Part shown: positions 21,914 through 32,170 of the stretch, in pieces
How positions within the stretch are numbered: the stretch's first letter is position 1
Layout of the letters: each line of letters begins with the position of its first letter
Source: Alphaproteobacteria bacterium
GTDB lineage: Bacteria > Pseudomonadota > Alphaproteobacteria > JAAXGF01
NCBI GenBank assembly: GCA_963555825.3
Contig: CAUVXB020000002.1
Span: forward strand, 1,120,001-1,184,000
Direction: 5' to 3'
DNA length: 64,000 nt
Translations under genes and position numbers: made by a program
The notes under the pieces: model-generated
What the model was told of the DNA's origin: nothing
Databases searched by the model: none
What the model saw: the letters and a program-made list of their open reading frames with translations, nothing else

Positions 21914-22846
21914 TCAGTCGAACAGGCTCGATACCGAGCTCTCGTCGGCGATCCGCCGCATCGCCTCGGCGATCAGCGGCGCGATCGAAATTACCCTCAC
22001 GTTCTGCGCCACGCGCATCGCCTCAGTCGGGCAGATGCTGTCGGTGACGGTCAGCACCTCCAATTCGGACGCGGTCACCCGCGCGACCGCGCCACCCGAC
22101 AGGACGCCATGCGTGATGTGCGCCTGAACCGACGTCGCGCCGACTTGCTTCAGCGCCGTCGCCGCGTTGCATAGCGTTCCCGCCGAATCGACGATGTCGT
22201 CGATGATGATGCAGCGCCGGCCCTCGACATCGCCGATGATGTTGAGAACCTCGGAATCGCCCGCCCGTTCGCGCCGCTTATCGACGATCGCGAGGTCCGC
22301 GTCAAGCCGTTTGGCGATCGCGCGCGCGCGCACGATGCCGCCCGCGTCGGGCGACACGATGACCAGATCGTCGCCGTTGAAATTCTCGTCGATGTCCTTG
22401 GCGAAGACCGGCCCGGCGAACAGGTTGTCGACGGGAATGTCGAAGAAGCCTTGAATCTGGCCGGAATGAAGGTCGAGAGTGAGCACGCGGTGGGTGCCGG
22501 CGATGGTGATCAGATTGGCCACCAGTTTGGCCGAGATCGGCGTACGCGGGCCGATCTTGCGGTCCTGGCGCGCGTAACCGTAATAGGGCAGGACGGCGGT
22601 GATGCGGCGGGCCGAGGCGCGCCGGAGCGCGTCCAGGCAGATCAGGAGTTCCATCAGGTTGTCGTTGGCCGGATACGAGGTCGACTGGATGATGAAGACA
22701 TCCTCGCCGCGCATGTTCTCGTCGATCTCGACGAACACCTCCATGTCGGAGAAACGGCGGATGCTCGCCTGCACCATCGGAAGATTGAGCGATGCCGCGA
22801 TGGCCTCGGCGAGTGGCCGATTGCTGTTGCCAGCCAGCACTTTCAT
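21914..22846 (-). CDS. prs: Ribose-phosphate pyrophosphokinase
   Basis: [30 protein letters not shown]. Confidence 0.97.
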   Translation of the reverse strand: MKVLAGNSNRPLAEAIAASLNLPMVQASIRRFSDMEVFVEIDENMRGEDVFIIQSTSYPANDNLMELLICLDALRRASARRITAVLPYYGYARQDRKIGPRTPISAKLVANLITIAGTHRVLTLDLHSGQIQGFFDIPVDNLFAGPVFAKDIDENFNGDDLVIVSPDAGGIVRARAIAKRLDADLAIVDKRRERAGDSEVLNIIGDVEGRRCIIIDDIVDSAGTLCNAATALKQVGATSVQAHITHGVLSGGAVARVTASELEVLTVTDSICPTEAMRVAQNVRVISIAPLIAEAMRRIADESSVSSLFD

Positions 22847-23084
22847 GGGATTTCCTTCGCCGCGCCAATCGGTTCCGAAGTGGGCCGCTTCCCCCGAGGC
22901 GGGAACCCAGCCGACGGTGCGCCGGACTGTAACAAAGGGCCGAAAATCTGTAAACGCTAATGCGCCCGAACGGCGGCAATTTTCGAGTGGCTGCCGTTTC
23001 CCGCTAGAAAAAACAGCTGGCGAGCATGGCCAGCACCAAGAGCATGAGGAAGATTACCAGATGGGGCATCGGGCGCGCCGGGCC

Positions 23085-24236
23085 TCAGTTGACGACCAGA
23101 TCGGTCGTCGACCGCGACAGCCGCTCGCAGCCGGCCGCGGTCACACGCACCGATTCGCCGACCGCGATGCCGACACCGTTGTCGCTGTCCATCACCATCG
23201 GGTGCAGGAAGAACACCATGTCGGGCTCGGCGATCACCGGATTGCCGGTGTAGAACATCGGCCAGTCCATCCAGTTGGGCGCGAACGTTGTGCCCATCGA
23301 ATAGCCGCAGGCGTTCGGGCGGTGGTCTCGGTAGCCGGCGTCGTCGAGCACGCGGGCGTGGGCGTCGAACACCTCGCCGATCGGCCGACCCGGCCTGAGC
23401 GCGTCGCAGCCCGCGGCGAGCGCGTCGCGGCACGCCGCGTGCATGTCGCGCTGACGTTGGCTCGCCTTGCCAACGATGATGGTGCGCATCAGCGCGGCGT
23501 GGTAGTGGCGGTAGGCGCCGGCGAATTCGAGCATCAGCTGGTCTTGCGCGTCGAGGTGGCGGCGGCCCGAGAAGTAGCGGCACAGCACCACGTCGGCGCC
23601 CGAGCCGATGATGTATTCGTTGCCCGGATAGTCGCCGCCGCCCTTGAACACCGCGCCTTGCATGGCGGCCAGGATGTCGCCCTCGAAGGCGCCCGCGACG
23701 GCCAGCCGGTTGGCCGCATCGAGCGCGTCGTCGGCGAGTTCGGCGGCGCGCCGCACGTAGACCAGCTCGGCCGGGCTCTTGATCAGGCGCCCCTCGCTGA
23801 CCAGCTCGGAGGCGTCGTCGAGCGTGCAGAAGCCGTCGAGTGCCCGCTCGACCATGCGCCAGCTGCGCCCGGTCAGCCCATAGGCCTCGAGCTCGACGCC
23901 GAGGCGCGCGCCCTTGCAGCCGTGCTCGTCGAGGATGGCGCGCAGATCGCCGGCCGGCTCGGCGCCGGCGCGGTCGGCCCAGATGCGGATGTCCTCGATG
24001 GTCGAAGTGTGCTGCGCCTGGCGCAGATCGGGCGCCCGCGTGAGCAGCGTCAGCGTGCCGTCGGCGCCCAGATAGAGGCACTGGAAATAGACGAAGCCGA
24101 AGCTGTCGTAGCCGGTCAGGTAGTACATGCTCTCCTGGCGGAACATCAGCAACCCGTCGAGCCCGCGCTCGGCGAGCTTCGCCCGTGCGCGCGCCTGGCG
24201 CGCGGCGAACTCCTCGACCGTAAAATGCAGCGCCAT
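23085..24236 (-). CDS. Xaa-Pro peptidase (M24) family protein
   Basis: Creatinase-like N-domain, IKSPAEL, pita-bread C-domain. Confidence 0.85.
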   Translation of the reverse strand: MALHFTVEEFAARQARARAKLAERGLDGLLMFRQESMYYLTGYDSFGFVYFQCLYLGADGTLTLLTRAPDLRQAQHTSTIEDIRIWADRAGAEPAGDLRAILDEHGCKGARLGVELEAYGLTGRSWRMVERALDGFCTLDDASELVSEGRLIKSPAELVYVRRAAELADDALDAANRLAVAGAFEGDILAAMQGAVFKGGGDYPGNEYIIGSGADVVLCRYFSGRRHLDAQDQLMLEFAGAYRHYHAALMRTIIVGKASQRQRDMHAACRDALAAGCDALRPGRPIGEVFDAHARVLDDAGYRDHRPNACGYSMGTTFAPNWMDWPMFYTGNPVIAEPDMVFFLHPMVMDSDNGVGIAVGESVRVTAAGCERLSRSTTDLVVN

Positions 24237-24319
24237 GCGGTCCTCCCCGCCTCGGCCAACGAATGCCGATTATCGCCGCGAACGAGGGCCGCGGCAACGT
24301 CGCTGCCGGGTCGAGTCAT

Positions 24320-25090
24320 TCATGCTGTAAGCGCGATAATCGAGATCAGGCGGCCGTAGTCGCGCTCGTCGCGCAAGCAGGCGCGGCGGTAGCTGAAGAA
24401 CTGCTCGGCGTCGGCGCAGGTGTCGGGCGCCACCGCCGCGACCTCGGCGAGGCCGAGCGCGGCGAGCCGGTCGGCGACATGGCCCGGCAGGTCGAACATG
24501 TGGTGGCCGCCGCGGACAGCAGCCGTGAAGTAACGGTCGTTGGCCGGATCGGCCGCCACAAAGGCGTCGCGGAACTCGGGGCCGACCTGGTAGGAGCCCT
24601 GACCGATGCACGGCCCGACGGCCGCGACGATATCGCCGGGCGCCGAGCCGAGCGCCGCCATGCCCGCGACGGCGGCCTCGAGCACGCCGGCGAGCGCGCC
24701 GCGCCAGCCGGCATGCGCCGCGCCGATCACCCGGCGCTTTCTGTCAGCCAGCAGCACCGGCGCGCAATCGGCGGTCAGGATTCCGAGCGCGACGCCCGGC
24801 CGATCGGTGACCATGGCGTCGACTTGCGGTCCGGCGCCGTCCGGCCATGGCTCGGTGACGGTGACACAAAGCGCGGTGTGCCGTTGATAGGCCGTGCACA
24901 GCGTCGCGTCGGGCGCGCCGACACGGTCGAGCGCGATCGCCCGGTTGCGCGTGATACGCGCCGGGTCGTCGTCGGACCCGTAGCCGCAGTTGAGCGAGGC
25001 GAAGGCGCCCTCGCTGACACCGCCGGCGCGCGTCAGGAAGCCGTGGCGCAAGCCGCCGAGCGCCTCGAGCGGCGCGGCGTGGCGCGTCAC
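24320..25090 (-). CDS. pgeF: PgeF/YfiH laccase-domain protein
   Basis: TRAGGVS, TADCAPVL, HAGWRG, FFSYRR. Confidence 0.93.
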   Translation of the reverse strand: MTRHAAPLEALGGLRHGFLTRAGGVSEGAFASLNCGYGSDDDPARITRNRAIALDRVGAPDATLCTAYQRHTALCVTVTEPWPDGAGPQVDAMVTDRPGVALGILTADCAPVLLADRKRRVIGAAHAGWRGALAGVLEAAVAGMAALGSAPGDIVAAVGPCIGQGSYQVGPEFRDAFVAADPANDRYFTAAVRGGHHMFDLPGHVADRLAALGLAEVAAVAPDTCADAEQFFSYRRACLRDERDYGRLISIIALTA

Positions 25091-26178
25091 GCCACCGCCT
25101 CTTCGAAGCCGGCGGGCGCCGGCGCGTCCGCCGCGCCGATCGCGATCACCTTGAACAGCGCGCCCATCTCGCCCGGATCGACCAGCCGTCGGACCGCGCC
25201 GGCGATGTCGTCGCGCTGCACGGCCGTCGCGTTCTTGGCCAGCGCTTCGGCGCGCGCCTCGATGCCGAGCGCAAGCAGGAAGTCGCCCTGGTTGACCGGG
25301 CCGAAGACGTGCGCGCCGGCCTCACGCGCGACGCGCATCAGGGTCGGGAAGTCGACCCGCGCCGAGAGGTCGGCCGAGCCCGGATCGTCGAGCACCCCGT
25401 GGCGGCCGTGGCGGCGCACCGCCTGCAGCGTGTCGCCCAACGGGCCCTGCTCGGACGCGTAGTCGACGACCAGTGCGAGGCCGCCGAACGACACCACGCG
25501 CCGGGCGATCTCATGCGCCAGGCTGACGCATGCGGGCGAGACCTCGGCGACCGCGCCGGGCGGCGCCTCGATGTCGTCGGGCACCAGCGCCAATGCTGGC
25601 GTCGGCCCGGTGGCGAGCACGAAGCGGAAGCCGCCGTTCGCGCGGTCGACGTCGACCAGGCGCTCGCGCCAACCGCCCACCGTGCGCACGAACTGGTGGA
25701 TCGGCAGCGCGTCGAACAGTTCGTTGGCGACCAGCAGCAGGGGCGCCTCGGGCGCCGAGGCGAGCTGGTCGTGCCAGGCGACCGCGACACCGTCGAGCGC
25801 CCGGCGCTGGGCGTCGCGCAGGCTGGGGCTTGTCTCGACCATGTGGACGTCGAGCGCCGCGCGGCAGTCGGGCGCCACGGCCATGGCGCGCAGCGCGTCG
25901 GCCATCAGCGTGCCGCGGCCGGGGCCGAGCTCGACCAGCTGCACCGGCTTGGGCTGGCCGATCTGCCGCCAGCCGACGACACACCACAGGCCGATCAACT
26001 CGCCGAACAATTGGCTCACCTCGGGCGCGGTGATGAAGTCGCCCGCGCGGCCGAACGGGTCGCCCGACATGTAGTAGCCGTGGCGCGGATGGCCGAGCGC
26101 GGCGGCCATGTACTCGGCGACGGTGAGCGGACCGTGCGCGGCGATCTCGGCGGCGAGCTGGGCGCCGAGCGTCGTCAT
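25087..26178 (-). CDS. NDUFAF7/MidA-type SAM-dependent methyltransferase
   Basis: GDFITAPEVSQLFGE, ELGPGRGT, NELFDALP. Confidence 0.92.
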   Translation of the reverse strand: MTTLGAQLAAEIAAHGPLTVAEYMAAALGHPRHGYYMSGDPFGRAGDFITAPEVSQLFGELIGLWCVVGWRQIGQPKPVQLVELGPGRGTLMADALRAMAVAPDCRAALDVHMVETSPSLRDAQRRALDGVAVAWHDQLASAPEAPLLLVANELFDALPIHQFVRTVGGWRERLVDVDRANGGFRFVLATGPTPALALVPDDIEAPPGAVAEVSPACVSLAHEIARRVVSFGGLALVVDYASEQGPLGDTLQAVRRHGRHGVLDDPGSADLSARVDFPTLMRVAREAGAHVFGPVNQGDFLLALGIEARAEALAKNATAVQRDDIAGAVRRLVDPGEMGALFKVIAIGAADAPAPAGFEEAVA

Positions 26179-27026
26179 CGTTTGACGGCCGGGTCCTTGG
26201 CGCGCGCCGGCGACGGTGCATCGGCGGGCTTGGCGCGCAGCATCAACCACACCCCGATGGCGATCATCGGAGCCGACAAGAGCTGGCCCATGGTCGCGCC
26301 GGCGAACAGGAAGCCGAGATGAGCGTCGGGTTCGCGGAACAGCTCGACGAAGGCGCGCAAGCCACCGTAGCCGACGAGATAGACGCCGGTGAGGAATCCG
26401 GCCCGATGGCGCGCACCGGTGAAGCGCCAGACCGCGAGCATGACGAGCAACAGCAAGACGCCCTCGAGCCCCGCCTCGTACAACTGGCTCGGGTGGCGCG
26501 GCGAGGGGCCGGCGTGGGGGAACACCATGGCCCAAGGCACGTCGCTCGCCCGGCCCCAAAGCTCGCCGTTGATGAAGTTCGCGAGGCGCCCGAAGAACAA
26601 CCCGATGGGCACCGCGCAGGCGACCGCATCGCCGAGCGTCAGGAGGCGGATCTTGCGCTGGCGGGCGAACAGAAGGATCGCGCCGATAACGCCCAACATG
26701 CCGCCGTGGTACGACATGCCGCCCTGCCACACGAAGACGATCTCGGCCGGGTTGGCGAGATAGTAGCCGGGCTTGTAGAACAGCACATAGCCGAGCCGGC
26801 CGCCGAGGATGATGCCGAAGGTGATCCAGACGACGAAGTCGTCGATCGCGCGCGCATCGGGCGCGCCCGGCCAGGTTTTGGCAAGCCGCTTGACGACATA
26901 CCAGCAGCCGAGGATGCCGGCGACATAGGCGAGCGCGTACCAGCGGATCGCCAGGCTGATGCCGAAAATCGGCCCGATCTCGACCAGAACCGGGTCGATC
27001 ACCGGAAAGGGGATCGCCAGGATCAT
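26175..27026 (-). CDS. lgt: Prolipoprotein diacylglyceryl transferase
   Basis: GGRLGYVLFY, WQGGMSYHGG, GRLANFINGELWGR, HPSQLYE. Confidence 0.97.
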   Translation of the reverse strand: MILAIPFPVIDPVLVEIGPIFGISLAIRWYALAYVAGILGCWYVVKRLAKTWPGAPDARAIDDFVVWITFGIILGGRLGYVLFYKPGYYLANPAEIVFVWQGGMSYHGGMLGVIGAILLFARQRKIRLLTLGDAVACAVPIGLFFGRLANFINGELWGRASDVPWAMVFPHAGPSPRHPSQLYEAGLEGVLLLLVMLAVWRFTGARHRAGFLTGVYLVGYGGLRAFVELFREPDAHLGFLFAGATMGQLLSAPMIAIGVWLMLRAKPADAPSPARAKDPAVKR

Positions 27027-28009
27027 CGGTAGCGATCCTCGCGTTCCAGATAGCGCTGCACGTAGTCGGCGACACCGTCCTCGAGGCTGCGGAACGGCGC
27101 GCCGTAGCCGGCGGCCCGCGCGCGCGCCATCTCGGCCTGGGTGAAGTATTGGTACTTGTCGCGGATTTCGGCCGGCGTATCGACGTATTCGATGTCGGGT
27201 TCGCGGCCGATTGCGGCGAACACCGCGGCGGCCAGATCGGCGAAGCCGCGCGCCTGGCCGGTGCCCATGTTGAACAGGCCGCAAATATCCGGGTTGTCGT
27301 GAAGCCACAGCATCAGCGCGACGCAGTCGTCGACCGAGACGAAGTCGCGCAGCTGGCCGCCGTCGGCGTAGTCCGGGTGGTGCGAACGGAAAAGCCTGAC
27401 CGGGGCGCCGCGTTTCGCCGTCTCCCAGGCCTGCACGACGACGCTGCGCTGCGCCCCCTTGTGGTACTCGTTTGGGCCGTAAACGTTGAAGAACTTGAGG
27501 CCGGCCCACTGCGGCGGCCGCGCGCCATCGGCGGCGACGACCCGCGCCGCCCAGCGGTCGAACAGATGCTTGCTCCAACCGTAGAGGTTGAGCGGGCGCA
27601 ATCGGGCGAGCGCGGCCGGCGAACCATCGTCGTCGAAGCCCGCCGAGCCATCGCCGTAGGTCGCCGCCGATGAGGCGTAGATCAGGCGCTTGCCGTGCGC
27701 CGCGCACCAGCGCCACAGCGCGACGCTCCCACCGAAGTTGACGTCCATGATCCGATCGGCGTCGGTCTCGGTGGTCGACGAGATCGCGCCCATGTGGAAG
27801 ACCGTCGTGACGGCATCGCGGTTGTCGTCGAGAAAGGCGGCCAGCGCGTCGGGCGCGATCACGTCTGCGAGCTTGCGTTTGGCGATGTTTCGCGCCTTGT
27901 CACCGGCGCCCGGGTGGTCGCAGACGACGATCGCGTCCGCGCCGCGCGCCTCGAGCGCGGCGACCAGGTTCGAGCCGATGAATCCAGCGCCACCCGTAAC
28001 GACGATCAT
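27023..28009 (-). CDS. hldD: ADP-L-glycero-D-manno-heptose 6-epimerase
   Basis: TGGAGFIGSN, YASSAATYG, PLNLYGWSK, FNVYGPNEYHKG, YQYFTQA. Confidence 0.93.
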   Translation of the reverse strand: MIVVTGGAGFIGSNLVAALEARGADAIVVCDHPGAGDKARNIAKRKLADVIAPDALAAFLDDNRDAVTTVFHMGAISSTTETDADRIMDVNFGGSVALWRWCAAHGKRLIYASSAATYGDGSAGFDDDGSPAALARLRPLNLYGWSKHLFDRWAARVVAADGARPPQWAGLKFFNVYGPNEYHKGAQRSVVVQAWETAKRGAPVRLFRSHHPDYADGGQLRDFVSVDDCVALMLWLHDNPDICGLFNMGTGQARGFADLAAAVFAAIGREPDIEYVDTPAEIRDKYQYFTQAEMARARAAGYGAPFRSLEDGVADYVQRYLEREDRYR

Positions 28010-28175
28010 ATGCCCTCGATCGGCCGACCGGTGGCGCTGGCAGCGCCCGCGGCGGCATGGTTGAAGTTTCGGTCGGCACCGTTATAGGTATGCGCCGGGT
28101 GCGCCGCAAGGCGCGCCGCTTGCCTGGCGACCGTCATCGGGCCATAGTCGGGCGCGAACGGCAGGAGAATTCGCC

Positions 28176-28469
28176 ATGCAGACCGATAACCGCTTGGCCG
28201 ACGATCTCGCCAAGGTCGCGGCGAGCGCGGTCGGCGTCATCGCCGGCGTCAAGGACGAGTTCGAGGGCCGGCTGCGCCAGGTGTTCGAGCGCATGCTCGA
28301 CGACATGGAACTGGTCAACCGCGACGAGTTCGAGGCGGTCAAGGCGATGGCCGCGAAAGCGCGCGCCGAGAACGAGCGCCTGGCGGCGCGCATCGCCGCG
28401 CTCGAGGGCACCGGCGAGACCGCGCCGAAACCGCGCAAACGACCGGCCAAGAGCGCGCGCAAGACTTAG
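28176..28469 (+). CDS. Accessory factor UbiK (BMFP) family protein
   Basis: ELVNRDEFEAVKAMAAKARAENE.L..RIAALE. Confidence 0.85.
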   Translation: MQTDNRLADDLAKVAASAVGVIAGVKDEFEGRLRQVFERMLDDMELVNRDEFEAVKAMAAKARAENERLAARIAALEGTGETAPKPRKRPAKSARKT

Positions 28470-28649
28470 ATTCGCCGACACCGGAATAATTCGTGCCGAA
28501 CGTGCCGACGCAACGGTTGCGCTCGGGCATACTCTCTGGCAACCTACTACCAGTGGGGTCCGGTCAGAGACCTGACACAATATATTCTGCGAGAGGCGCG
28601 CCGCATTTTGTCATGCCCGCCTTCGGGCGGCCCGAGGGAGTGTTTTGCC

Positions 28650-29153
28650 ATGGCCTACGCAGTCGCCCACCCCGAGCCCCTCACCGCTAATCCGCTGGAC
28701 ATCGTCGAACAGATCGTGCTGGCCAACGACTGGCTGTTCGACCGCTTGAGCGACGACGAGATCGCCGCGGAAGTGTCCGGCTCCGGCTGCATCTATCACA
28801 TGTGGTTCGCCTGGCGCCCCGAGCGCGAGATGCTGCATTTCTCCTGCGCCTTCGACGTCAAGGTGCCGGACAACCGGCGCGAGGCGATCTACCCGCTGCT
28901 GTCGATGATCAACGAACGCATGCCGATCGGTCACTTCAACCTGTGGTCCGACGACGGCATGGTGATGTTCCGCGAGTCGTTGCTGCTGCGCGGCGGCTTC
29001 GGCGTCAGCGTCGAGCAGGTCCACGACCTGATCGAGCTCGCGCTCGAGGACTGCGAACGCTATTTCCCGCCATTCCAGTTCGTCATATGGGGCGGCAAGA
29101 CGCCGGCCGAGGCGATCGAGGCGGCGATCCTCGACACCGAGGGAGAGGCGTGA
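28650..29153 (+). CDS. YbjN-domain protein
   Basis: NPLDIVE, INERMPIGHF, CERYFPPFQFVIW; conserved position upstream of proC. Confidence 0.82.
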   Translation: MAYAVAHPEPLTANPLDIVEQIVLANDWLFDRLSDDEIAAEVSGSGCIYHMWFAWRPEREMLHFSCAFDVKVPDNRREAIYPLLSMINERMPIGHFNLWSDDGMVMFRESLLLRGGFGVSVEQVHDLIELALEDCERYFPPFQFVIWGGKTPAEAIEAAILDTEGEA

Positions 29154-29986
29154 GCGACGGCGCCCGCGCCATCACCGGGCCGATCCTGTTGGTCGGCTGC
29201 GGCAAGATGGGCGGTGCGCTGCTGGCCGGCTGGCTCGATCACGGACTGAGTGCCGCCGACGCAATCGTCGTCGAGCCGGCCGATGCGTTGGCCGAGGCGG
29301 TGCGCGCGCGCCACGGTGTCACGGTGCTCGGCGACGCCGCCGCGCTCGACGCCGGGCTCGTGCCGCGCGTCGTCGTGCTCGCGGTCAAACCCCAGGCGAT
29401 GGACGGCGTGGCGCCGGCCTACGCCCGCTTCGCGGCGCCCGGAACCGTCTTCCTGTCGATCGCGGCGGGCAAGACGATCGGCTATTTCACGCGCCATCTC
29501 GGCGACCGCGCCGCGATCGTGCGCGCCATGCCCAACACGCCCGCCGCGGTCGCCCGCGGCATCACCGTGATGTGCGCCAACCCGCTGGTCGACGACGGCC
29601 AGCGCGCCGCCTGCGAGACCCTGCTTGCCGCCGTCGGCGAGGTGCTGTGGTGCGACGACGAGGGCCTGCTCGATCCGGTCACCGCGGTCTCGGGCAGCGG
29701 CCCGGCCTACGTCTTCCTGCTGATCGAATGCCTGGCCGCCGCCGGCGTCGACGCCGGCCTGGCGCCCGAGATGGCGGCGCGGCTGGCGCGCGCCACGGTG
29801 TCGGGCGCCGGGGAACTCGCCCGCCTGGCCGACGAGCCCGCCGACCAACTGCGCCGCAACGTCACCAGCCCGGGCGGCACGACCGAGGCGGCGCTCGGCG
29901 TGCTGATGGCCGGCGACGGCCTCGGGCCGCTGATGTCACGCGCCGTCGCCGCCGCGACCCAACGCTCGCGCGAGCTCGCCGACTAG
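29150..29986 (+). CDS. proC: Pyrroline-5-carboxylate reductase
   Basis: GCGKMG, AVKPQ, RAMPNTP, SGSGPAY, VTSPGGTT. Confidence 0.96.
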   Translation: MSDGARAITGPILLVGCGKMGGALLAGWLDHGLSAADAIVVEPADALAEAVRARHGVTVLGDAAALDAGLVPRVVVLAVKPQAMDGVAPAYARFAAPGTVFLSIAAGKTIGYFTRHLGDRAAIVRAMPNTPAAVARGITVMCANPLVDDGQRAACETLLAAVGEVLWCDDEGLLDPVTAVSGSGPAYVFLLIECLAAAGVDAGLAPEMAARLARATVSGAGELARLADEPADQLRRNVTSPGGTTEAALGVLMAGDGLGPLMSRAVAAATQRSRELAD

Positions 29987-30164
29987 CGCACAATCCGATT
30001 GGTTGGATTCAATGAATTTCTTCCAGGCCGCGCCAGTCTTATTGGGACAAGAGGGGGCCCGCCGACCGTTCGGCCAGTCTTGATACCATAAGATTGGCAT
30101 GCGCGGCGAGTGAGCGCAGGTCATCTTTAAGTGACCGCACAAAAAGGTCACCGCACAATGATCT
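29984..30164 (-). repeat. Repeat family 1, copy C
   Basis: Reverse complement matches copies A and B; begins at the proC TAG. Confidence 0.8.
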
Positions 30165-30271
30165 GGATCGCCCCCGGCTGTTGGCAAAGACGCCGTCGGT
30201 CCCTACATCTATACTCTAAGCAATGACGGACAACGGGCGCCGGCGTCGGCCGGTCCCGTCAGGAGGACCGT

Positions 30272-30886
30272 TTGGTCAAGAAAGCCGACATTCCGCGCCA
30301 CATCGTCGCCACCGCGATCGGGCTGGCGGCGACGCAGGGCTGGCGCGACACGACGCTCGGCGACATCGCGGCGGCCGCCAAACTGACGCTCGCCGAGGTC
30401 CACGGCCATTATCGCTCGAAGGCCGCGATCCTCGCCGCATTTTCGCGCCAGATCGACGCCGCAGTGCTCGCCGGCGACGACCCGGAGCTCGCCGACCAGC
30501 CGGCGCCCGACCGGCTTTTCGACGTGCTCATGCGACGTTTCGACGCGCTCAACCCGCACAAGGCTGGCGTGCGCGCGATCATCGGCGACAGCCTGGGTGA
30601 TCCGCTGGCGCTGGTCTCGGGCGCCTGCGCGCTCGAACGCTCGATGACCTGGATGCTGGCCGCGGCGCGCATCGAGAGTAGTGGCCTCGGCGGGCTGCTG
30701 CGCGTCAAGGGATTGGCGGCGATCTATCTCGCGGTGCTGCGCGTCTGGCTCGCCGACGAGACGGACGACATGGCGACCACCATGGCGGCGCTCGACAAGT
30801 GGCTGCGCCAGGCCGACGCGGCGCTGGCGACGCTCGGCCGCCTACCCTGCCCGGGCCGCGCGCGGGGCGCTACGGAGAGCGCCTGA
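30272..30886 (+). CDS. TetR/AcrR-like regulator
   Basis: N-terminal HTH; DRLFDVLMRRFDAL; TMAALDK. Confidence 0.8.
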   Translation: MVKKADIPRHIVATAIGLAATQGWRDTTLGDIAAAAKLTLAEVHGHYRSKAAILAAFSRQIDAAVLAGDDPELADQPAPDRLFDVLMRRFDALNPHKAGVRAIIGDSLGDPLALVSGACALERSMTWMLAAARIESSGLGGLLRVKGLAAIYLAVLRVWLADETDDMATTMAALDKWLRQADAALATLGRLPCPGRARGATESA

Positions 30887-30920
30887 GTCGGTTCATACCG
30901 CGGCACGATAAATTTTTTGT

Positions 30921-31003
30921 TGCAGTGCGCAATAATTCCTTGACGGTGGCGTGGTGGACCCTTACATAGGCCCCAATGGTGCAGTGCAGCATTGCAATGC
31001 AGC
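30921..31003 (+). promoter_or_regulatory. Phasin promoter with putative PhaR boxes
   Basis: TGCAGTGCGCA, TGCAGTGCAGCA and TGCAATGCAGC around TTGACG-N17-TACATA. Confidence 0.7.
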
Positions 31004-31028
31004 TCCTCATGCCAAGGATGTAATCGAC

Positions 31029-31451
31029 ATGCCCAAGACCAATTCCACCACGTCGTTCGATCCGGCGGCCGCTTTCGCCGCTTTCAAGCTGCCGACGTTT
31101 GACGTCGATGCGCTCGTCGCGCTTCAGCGCCGCAACATCGAGGCGTTCTCGACCGTCCAGAAGATGGCCGCCGACAGCGTCAAGGTGCTGACCACCCGTC
31201 AGGCCGAGATCGCGCGCGGCGCGGTCGACGAGTATGTCGCCGCGGTCGGCGAGTTCTACAATGCCAAGGACCCCAAGGTCGGCGTCGCCAAGCAGGTCGC
31301 CTACACCAAGTCGGCGGTCGAGAGCTCGGTCGCCAATGCGCGCGAGCTGACCGAGATCGCGGTCAAAGCCAACGCCGAGGTGTTCGACGTCCTGACCAAG
31401 CGTGTCGTCGAGGGTCTCGACGAGGTCGGCGGCTTCGCCAAGAAGGCCTAA
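31029..31451 (+). CDS. Phasin family protein
   Basis: FD..AL..LQRRNIEA...QAEI...RELTEIAVKANAEVFDVLTKRV. Confidence 0.88.
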   Translation: MPKTNSTTSFDPAAAFAAFKLPTFDVDALVALQRRNIEAFSTVQKMAADSVKVLTTRQAEIARGAVDEYVAAVGEFYNAKDPKVGVAKQVAYTKSAVESSVANARELTEIAVKANAEVFDVLTKRVVEGLDEVGGFAKKA

Positions 31452-31514
31452 CGCCAAAACGATCCAACCAGTTTAAACCCGACCCGGGCGCCTGGCGCCC
31501 GGGTCGATGAGTGC

Positions 31515-31545
31515 GAAAGGGGCCACCCATTGGGTGGCCCCTTTC
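31515..31545 (+). terminator. Intrinsic terminator after phasin
   Basis: GAAAGGGGCCACCCA-T-TGGGTGGCCCCTTTC hairpin. Confidence 0.75.
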
Positions 31546-31626
31546 TGCATGGCCTTGCGCGCACCGCCGGTTGACGCTGTAATCACGTCCCGCCGACCGG
31601 CATGCCAGACTTGTGGGACGAGCGCG

Positions 31627-31971
31627 ATGACCAGCGAGCAGATCAGCTTCGACGACTTCCTCAAGGTCGACATTCGCGTCGGCACCATCGTCGCCTGCGA
31701 TTATTTTTCCGAGGCGCGCAAGCCGGCCTACAAGCTGCGCATCGACTTCGGCCCCGAGATCGGCGTCAAGAAATTGTCGGCGCAGATGACCGAGCTTTAC
31801 GCGCGCGACGCGGTGATCGGCCGTCAGGTCGCCGCGGTGGTCAACTTCCCGCCGCGCCAGATCGGCCCGTTCATGTCGGAAGTGCTGGTGCTCGGCTTCC
31901 CGCGCGACGACGGCGCGGTGGCGATGATCACGGTCGATCCGCCGGTGCCCAACGGCGGCCGCATGTTCTAG
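31627..31971 (+). CDS. csaA: CsaA/tRNA-binding protein
   Basis: FDDFLKVDIRVG, ARKPAYKL.IDFG, VVNFPPRQIG. Confidence 0.9.
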   Translation: MTSEQISFDDFLKVDIRVGTIVACDYFSEARKPAYKLRIDFGPEIGVKKLSAQMTELYARDAVIGRQVAAVVNFPPRQIGPFMSEVLVLGFPRDDGAVAMITVDPPVPNGGRMF

Positions 31972-32170
31972 CCTCTCCAACAAACGCAAGAAGAAACGTA
32001 AGCAGTAAACATTTACGCGGCGGCATGCCGCGCTGGGCATAAAATGTATACTGCTTACGTTTAAGATAGGGAGGATCGCCACGGTGGGTTGCGGCGGGCC
32101 GTCTTCGCCTTGACACGGCCGGCCGTTCGCGGGCTCAGTGGGCGCGCGCCAACGAACGGGGAGTAGACCG

